NCBI GenBank assembly: GCA_036262935.1
Contig: DATAHW010000089.1
Span: forward strand, 16,084-80,083
From: Gemmatimonadales bacterium
GTDB lineage: Bacteria; Gemmatimonadota; Gemmatimonadetes; Gemmatimonadales; GWC2-71-9
Direction of reading: 5' to 3'
DNA length: 64,000 nucleotides
Within the stretch, counting starts at the first letter, position 1, and every line of letters starts with the position of its first letter. This document shows, piece after piece, positions 59,005 through 64,000 of this stretch. Made by a program: the position numbers and the translations under genes. The notes under the pieces are model-generated. The model made no database searches. It had not been told where the DNA came from and saw nothing but the letters and a program-made list of their open reading frames with translations.

Positions 59005-60672
59005 ATGACTACCCTTGCCCATGCCCCGATCACCGCCCCGACCGGCACGACCCTTTCCTGCAAAGGATGGCATCAGGAAGCGGCGCTCCGGATGCTGATG
59101 AACAATCTCGACCCGGCGGTGGCCGAGCGGCCGGAGGAGCTGATCGTCTACGGCGGGGCCGGGAAGGCCGCGCGGAACTGGGAGTGCTACGAGCGGATCG
59201 TGGCCACGCTCCGGCGGCTGGAGAACGACGAGACGCTGCTGGTGCAGAGCGGGAAGCCGGTGGGCGTGTTCCGCACCCACGAGGAGGCGCCGCGGGTACT
59301 GATCGCGAATGCGCACCTGGTGCCCCGGTGGGCCACCTGGGATGAGTTCCGCCGGCTGGACGCGCTCGGCCTCACCATGTACGGGCAGATGACGGCCGGC
59401 TCGTGGATCTACATCGGCACGCAGGGGATCCTCCAGGGCACCTACGAGACGTTCGCCGAGTGCGCCCGGCAGCATTTCGGCGGCACGCTCGAGGGGCGGC
59501 TCGTGGTGACTGGTGGTCTGGGCGGGATGGGCGGCGCCCAGCCGCTCGCGGCCACGATGAACGGGGCGGCATTTCTGGGCGTGGACGTGGACGAGAGCCG
59601 GATCCGCCGCCGGGTGGAGACGCGCTACTGCGACCGGCTGGAGCACGATCTCGATGCCGCTCTCCGACTGGTCGAGGACGCGCGGGCGCGGCGCCGGCCG
59701 CTCTCGGTCGGGCTGGTGGGCAACATCGCCGAGGTGCTGCCGGAGCTGGTGCGCCGGGGCGTGGTGCCGGATGTCCTCACCGACCAGACGTCGGCGCACG
59801 ATCTCAGGGTCGGTTACATCCCGGCCGGGCTCTCGCTCGACGACGCGGCGGAGCTCCGCGACGCCGATCCGACGGCGTACGAGTCGCGGGTGCTCGACTC
59901 GATGGTGACCCAGGTGCAGGCCATGCTCGAGCTCCGGGCGCGCGGTGCCGTCACGTTCGACTACGGCAACAACCTGCGCGGCCAGGTGGCCGACCACCGC
60001 GGGATGGCCGAGGCGTTCGACATCCCGGGCTTCGTGCCGCAGTTCATCCGCCCGCTCTTCTGCCGCGGCGCCGGACCGTTCCGCTGGGCCGCGCTCTCGG
60101 GTGACCCGGCCGACATCGCGGCCACGGACGCGGCGGTGTTGGAGACATTCTCGAAGAACGAGGCGCTGGCCCGCTGGATCCGCCAGGCGCAGGAGCGGGT
60201 CCGGTTCCAGGGGCTGCCGGCCCGGATCTGCTGGCTCGAGTACGGTGAGCGCGCGGAGATGGGCCTCCGCTTCAACCGGCTGGTCAGGGAGGGCAAGGTG
60301 CGCGCGCCGATCGTCATCGGCCGGGACCACCTCGACACGGGATCGGTGGCCTCGCCCAACCGGGAGACGGAGGGGATGAAGGACGGCTCCGATGCCATCG
60401 CCGACTGGCCGCTCCTCAATGCGCTTCTCAACACCGCGTGCGGTGCGAGCTGGGTGTCGCTGCACCACGGCGGCGGGGTGGGAATAGGTTACTCGATTCA
60501 CGCCGGCATGGTGGCGGTGGCCGACGGCACCGCCCTGGCCGACCGGCGGCTCGAACGAGTACTCACCGCGGACCCGGGCACCGGCGTGATGCGGCACGCG
60601 GACGCGGGCTACGAGCTGGCCATCGAGACGGCGCGGGAGCGGGGTGTCGATCTTCCGATGCTGAACGGGTAG
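59005..60672 (+). CDS. hutU: Urocanate hydratase
   Basis: Near full-length HutU-like sequence ([48 protein letters not shown]). Track ORF 58123..60672 trimmed to ATG 59005. Confidence 0.95.
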   Translation: MTTLAHAPITAPTGTTLSCKGWHQEAALRMLMNNLDPAVAERPEELIVYGGAGKAARNWECYERIVATLRRLENDETLLVQSGKPVGVFRTHEEAPRVLIANAHLVPRWATWDEFRRLDALGLTMYGQMTAGSWIYIGTQGILQGTYETFAECARQHFGGTLEGRLVVTGGLGGMGGAQPLAATMNGAAFLGVDVDESRIRRRVETRYCDRLEHDLDAALRLVEDARARRRPLSVGLVGNIAEVLPELVRRGVVPDVLTDQTSAHDLRVGYIPAGLSLDDAAELRDADPTAYESRVLDSMVTQVQAMLELRARGAVTFDYGNNLRGQVADHRGMAEAFDIPGFVPQFIRPLFCRGAGPFRWAALSGDPADIAATDAAVLETFSKNEALARWIRQAQERVRFQGLPARICWLEYGERAEMGLRFNRLVREGKVRAPIVIGRDHLDTGSVASPNRETEGMKDGSDAIADWPLLNALLNTACGASWVSLHHGGGVGIGYSIHAGMVAVADGTALADRRLERVLTADPGTGVMRHADAGYELAIETARERGVDLPMLNG

Positions 60673-60721
60673 GCTCGAGTGAGTCTTCAGCCTCGCTGGC
60701 CCGAGCGGGCATCGCTGGCCC

Positions 60722-60891
60722 TTCACCACGAAGGCACGAAGGGCACGAAGGTACACGAAGGATTCCTCTTCCGGAAAGGCGTCTTGGACCCGGCCAACAC
60801 CAACAACTTGGTGGTGGCCCGGCTTACCGATGGGCTCCGTGCTCCAGGCCCCCTTCGCGTACCTTCGTGCCCTTCGTGCCTTCGTGGTGAA
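60722..60891. repeat. Composite hairpin built from cacgaagg(g) units; perfect 33-bp arms (41 bp with one mismatch)
   Basis: ttcaccacgaaggcacgaagggcacgaaggtac (60722-54) is the exact reverse complement of 60859-60891. The spacer contains a nested caccaa-caac-ttggtg hairpin. It lies between hutU and hutI. Confidence 0.9.
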
Positions 60892-60917
60892 TACAGCGCC
60901 AATCTCCACCATCGCAG

Positions 60918-62171
60918 ATGAAGCTCCTCGAGAACATCGCCCAGCTCGCCACCTGCCCCGCGGAAGGCGGGCAGGCGGAGATCCAGCCGATCGCCGATGC
61001 CGCGCTCGTGTGGGAGGACGACACCATCCGCTGGGTGGGCCCGCGTCGAGATCTCCCGGCCGCGTACGCGGGCGCCGAGCGCCACGATGCCGGCGGCGGG
61101 CTGGTGATCCCCGGGCTGGTGGACTGCCACACTCATCTGGCGTTCGGCGGGTGGCGCGCGGAGGAGTTCGAGCAGCGGATACAGGGCCGGAGCTACCTCG
61201 AGATCGCCGCCGCGGGCGGCGGCATCGCCCGGACGGTACGGCTCACGCGCGAGGCCACCGACGCGGAGCTCGAGAGCCGGGCGGCCGGGTTCCTGCGCGA
61301 GATAATGTCCCTTGGCGTCACCACGGTCGAATGCAAGAGCGGCTACGGGCTTGACCGCGAGCACGAGCTCCGGTTGCTCCGGGTGTACCGCTCGCTGGCC
61401 GGATCCCAGCCCGTCCGCCTCGTTTCCACGCTCCTGGGTGCTCACGTCGTCCCGCCCGAGTACCGCGACGACCGCGCCGGCTATCTCGCGCTCCTGGTCG
61501 ACGATCTGATTCCCACGGTGGCGCGTGAGCACCTCGCCGACTTCTGCGATGTCTTCGTCGAGCGCTCCGCGTTCACCGTGGACGAGGCGCGGCGGATATT
61601 GCGCGCCGGCCGGGCCGCGGGGCTGGGCTCCAAGCTGCACGCGGACCAGTTGAGCGCGGGGGGCGGGGCCGAGCTGGCGGCGGAGGTGGGAGCCGTATCG
61701 GCGGACCATCTCGAGCGCGCGTCGGAGGCAGGCGTGGCCGCAATGGCGAGCGCCGGCGTCGTCGCGGTGAGTCTGCCGCTCGCCTCGCTCTATCTCGGGC
61801 AGCCGCCATTCGGCGCCCGGCGCTGGATCGCAGCCGGCGTGCCCGTGGCGGTGGCCACCGACTTCAACCCAGGCTCGGCGCCGAGTTATCACCTGCCATT
61901 CGCGCTCACGCTGGCCTGCACGCTCCAGGGGATGACGCCGGCCGAGGCCCTCAAGGGCGGAACCATCGTTGCGGCCCGGGCCGTTGGCCTCGACTCGCGG
62001 ATCGGCTCGCTCGAGGTGGGGAAGGCGGCCGACTTCGCGCTGATCGATGCACCGGACGTGAACCAGTGGTTGTACCACCTGCGGGCCAATGCCTGTCGGG
62101 TGACCGTGCTCGCGGGGTCGATCGGCTGGTCGGCCTCCACTGGCGCGGAGGCGGCTCGTTTCGCATCTTGA
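60918..62171 (+). CDS. hutI: Imidazolonepropionase
   Basis: Contains GLVDCHTHL, ECKSGYGL, KLHADQL and ATDFNPGS, HutI signatures. Confidence 0.93.
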   Translation: MKLLENIAQLATCPAEGGQAEIQPIADAALVWEDDTIRWVGPRRDLPAAYAGAERHDAGGGLVIPGLVDCHTHLAFGGWRAEEFEQRIQGRSYLEIAAAGGGIARTVRLTREATDAELESRAAGFLREIMSLGVTTVECKSGYGLDREHELRLLRVYRSLAGSQPVRLVSTLLGAHVVPPEYRDDRAGYLALLVDDLIPTVAREHLADFCDVFVERSAFTVDEARRILRAGRAAGLGSKLHADQLSAGGGAELAAEVGAVSADHLERASEAGVAAMASAGVVAVSLPLASLYLGQPPFGARRWIAAGVPVAVATDFNPGSAPSYHLPFALTLACTLQGMTPAEALKGGTIVAARAVGLDSRIGSLEVGKAADFALIDAPDVNQWLYHLRANACRVTVLAGSIGWSASTGAEAARFAS

Positions 62172-62235
62172 AAGCTTCCGCACCATCCTCGGCGCAGGCT
62201 TTCCGTTCCCGTCACCTCTCGATGGAGGAGATCAC

Positions 62236-62640
62236 ATGCACCGTCGTCTCACATGGCTGGCTTCGCCGCGGCGCATCGCGTTGGCGGCCGCCGTCGTCAC
62301 CCTCGTCGGCTGTGGGGGCGAAGCCTCGAAGTACTCCGGCACCTGGACGCGCGATCTGTACGGCGAGGGCGAAGTCAAGATGAACCTCGCGTCCAACGGC
62401 AACGTGGAGCTCATGATGCCGTCGCCGCGCTGGCCGGATTCGGTGGACATGAAAGGCCGCGCGGCGTTCCTGGGCGACACGCTGCTGTTCAAGTCCGACA
62501 CGGCTGGCAGCAAGTGCCAGTCGGCCGATGCGCGCTATCTGGTCAGCCGGACGCAGGACGAGCTCCACATCGCCGGCGTCGGGATGGACACGTGCGGGGG
62601 ACGCCGGGCCGCGCTGGTCGGCACCTGGAAGAAGTCATGA
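62236..62640 (+). CDS. Small lipoprotein, unknown function
   Basis: Lipobox TLVGC. 134 aa with GC3-biased codons. Confidence 0.6.
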   Translation: MHRRLTWLASPRRIALAAAVVTLVGCGGEASKYSGTWTRDLYGEGEVKMNLASNGNVELMMPSPRWPDSVDMKGRAAFLGDTLLFKSDTAGSKCQSADARYLVSRTQDELHIAGVGMDTCGGRRAALVGTWKKS

Positions 62641-62641
62641 G

Positions 62642-63697
62642 TCAGCGCGGCCACTGCTGGGTCACGCAGTGGAACGCGCCCAGTCCCCAGACCAGGTCGG
62701 TGCAATCGATCCCCACGATCTCGCGCCCGGGGAACAAGGCAGCCAGCGTGGCAGCCGCTTCCTCGTCGCGAGCGGGGTCGTAGGTCGGCAGGAGGACGAG
62801 CTCGTTGGCGATGTAGAAGTTGGCATAGCTCGCCGGGAGACGGTGCCCGTCATGATACAGCGGACGGGGCATCGGCAGCGTGACCACCCGGAGCGGACGC
62901 CCGTCCTGATCGGTCATGCCACGGAGCCGCTCCAGGTTCTTCCGGAGCGGCTCATGGTTTTCATCCCGCGGGTCGTCTTCCACCACCGTCACCACGGTCC
63001 CGGGGTCCACGAACCGGGTGATGTCGTCCACGTGGCCATCGGTGTCGTCACCGGCGATCCCGTCGCCCAGCCAGAGAATCTTGGTGACACCGAGATACTC
63101 CCGGAGGCAGCCTTCGATGGCGGCGCGGTCGAGCTCCGGATTGCGATTGGGGTGAAGCAGGCACGCCTCGGTGGTGAGCAGCGCGCCAAGGCCGTTCACG
63201 TCGATCGAACCGCCCTCCATGACTATGCCGGGCTCGAACACCGGCAGCCCAAGCTCCGCCCCGATGCGCGACGGCACCACGTCATCCAGATCATAGGGCG
63301 GGTACTTCTCCCCCCAGGCGTTGAAGTCCCAGTCCACGATCGCCTGCTCGCGCCGGCCCTCGCGGGTCCGCTGCACGAAGATGGGGCCATGATCGCGGCA
63401 CCACGCGTCGTTGGTCGGGTTATGGTGGAAAAAGACGTCGCCCGTTCCCGCACCCGCGTCCGCGAGCAGGGTACGGACCGACGCCTCCATGGACGGACCC
63501 GCCACGTTGATGTGCACCTCCTCCCGATCGGCGAGGGCGCGCACCATCGCGGCGAAAATTCCGGGCACCGGCCCGAACTTCCCCGGCCAGGACGCCTCCT
63601 TGTGCGGCCAGCTCAGCCAGGTTCCCCGATGGGGCTCCCACTCGGCGGGCATGCGGTAGCCGAGCCGGGCAGGGGTGTCGGAGGGGGCAGCGGGCAT
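62642..63697 (-). CDS. aguA: Agmatine deiminase
   Basis: Contains MPAEWEPH, NDAWCRDHGP, GGSIDVNG and the C-terminal GAFHCVTQQ (catalytic Cys context). Confidence 0.92.
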   Translation of the reverse strand: MPAAPSDTPARLGYRMPAEWEPHRGTWLSWPHKEASWPGKFGPVPGIFAAMVRALADREEVHINVAGPSMEASVRTLLADAGAGTGDVFFHHNPTNDAWCRDHGPIFVQRTREGRREQAIVDWDFNAWGEKYPPYDLDDVVPSRIGAELGLPVFEPGIVMEGGSIDVNGLGALLTTEACLLHPNRNPELDRAAIEGCLREYLGVTKILWLGDGIAGDDTDGHVDDITRFVDPGTVVTVVEDDPRDENHEPLRKNLERLRGMTDQDGRPLRVVTLPMPRPLYHDGHRLPASYANFYIANELVLLPTYDPARDEEAAATLAALFPGREIVGIDCTDLVWGLGAFHCVTQQWPR

Positions 63698-63727
63698 CAG
63701 GTGACGGTGAGAAGGGAGCGGTGCGCC

Positions 63728-64000
63728 TCAGTCCAGATACCGTCTCGTAATATCCTGATATGCGTCGATCCTCCGGTCGCGGAGGAACGGCCAGTGCGTG
63801 CGGCTCACGTCCACTTTTCCGAGATCCACGGTGGCGGTGAGGACCTCCGGGCCCGTGCCGCCCTTGACCAGGAGGCGGCCGCCAGGGTCGGCGACGAAGC
63901 TCCCGCCCCAGAACTCGATGCCGCGGCCGTCACTCGCGCTGCCGGCCTCCGGACCCTCGTACCCCACGCGGTTGACCGCGCAGACGAACACGCCGTTCGC
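63728..64000 (-). CDS. aguB: N-carbamoylputrescine amidase (CN-hydrolase family), C-terminal part only (gene runs off the right edge)
   Basis: Contains VCAVNRVG, FWGGSF..DP.G and RRIDAY. Adjacent to aguA on the same strand. Confidence 0.8.
   Translation of the reverse strand, partial: ANGVFVCAVNRVGYEGPEAGSASDGRGIEFWGGSFVADPGGRLLVKGGTGPEVLTATVDLGKVDVSRTHWPFLRDRRIDAYQDITRRYLD

Noticed and set aside
21297-60891. CRISPR array possibility for the short repeat clusters
   Set aside because: The units are 7-8 bp and directly abutting, with no unique spacers, and no cas genes are present. They are microsatellite-like arms of inverted repeats.
60679-60921. Small ORFs inside the repeat elements (60679..60921 +, 60438..60890 +, 44925..45143 +, 58860..59063 -)
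   Set aside because: Their peptides ([44 protein letters not shown]) are direct read-outs of the tandem DNA units in both orientations, and they have no SD.
62642-64000. aguA-aguB (agmatine to putrescine) pair as something unusual
   Set aside because: This is the standard polyamine pathway gene pair with canonical motifs, with nothing beyond the expected.

Overview
Very GC-rich (about 70% by eye), gene-dense bacterial chromosome segment. Signal peptides ending in A-Q and the gene content suggest a soil Gemmatimonadota-like organism, but that is only a guess. I found no rRNA, CRISPR array, transposase or integrase. Because of the GC content the ORF track is full of long antisense and N-terminally over-extended ORFs. 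I kept only frames with recognisable domain motifs, signal peptides or lipoboxes, Shine-Dalgarno sequences, or start/stop coupling. Layout from left to right: (1) Opp/Dpp-type ABC permeases lie divergent from a long, translationally coupled plus-strand operon at 2724-17320. It encodes a family-5 binding lipoprotein, GHMP kinase, heparinase II/III-like protein, class-III aminotransferase, tiny acidic protein, two amidohydrolases, PilZ, DapA-like aldolase, DHOD-like TIM barrel, enolase-superfamily enzyme, small membrane peptide and GH38 mannosidase. (2) Next come an M1-like peptidase, a CxxCxxCC protein, an M19 dipeptidase and SURF1. (3) A small OM beta-barrel is followed by five consecutive Ig-like/cadherin-like/filamin-like lipoproteins that share a C-G-G-D-L-x-L-P mature N-terminus (22168-32031). 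(4) tRNA-Leu and tRNA-Thr precede a 1268-aa double (HK-REC-PAS-HK-REC) sensor kinase. (5) Then a modABC operon with an HTH-TOBE regulator, mgtC, an HExxH protein and an MltD-like transglycosylase. (6) An orphan gene sits behind canonical TTGACA promoters in an AT-rich island, next to a W-rich acidic mini-protein and tRNA-Pro. (7) Two adjacent minus-strand chaperone-usher-like pilus loci (46258-56270) are each preceded by CTGGCAC-N5-TTG, with an ECF sigma/anti-sigma/DUF4097 operon just upstream. This is my best candidate for an undescribed system. (8) hutU and hutI, a lipoprotein, aguA and aguB complete the window. Four intergenic hairpin elements, three with arms made of 7-8 bp tandem repeats and one with heptamer repeats beside the hairpin, are scattered through the window.
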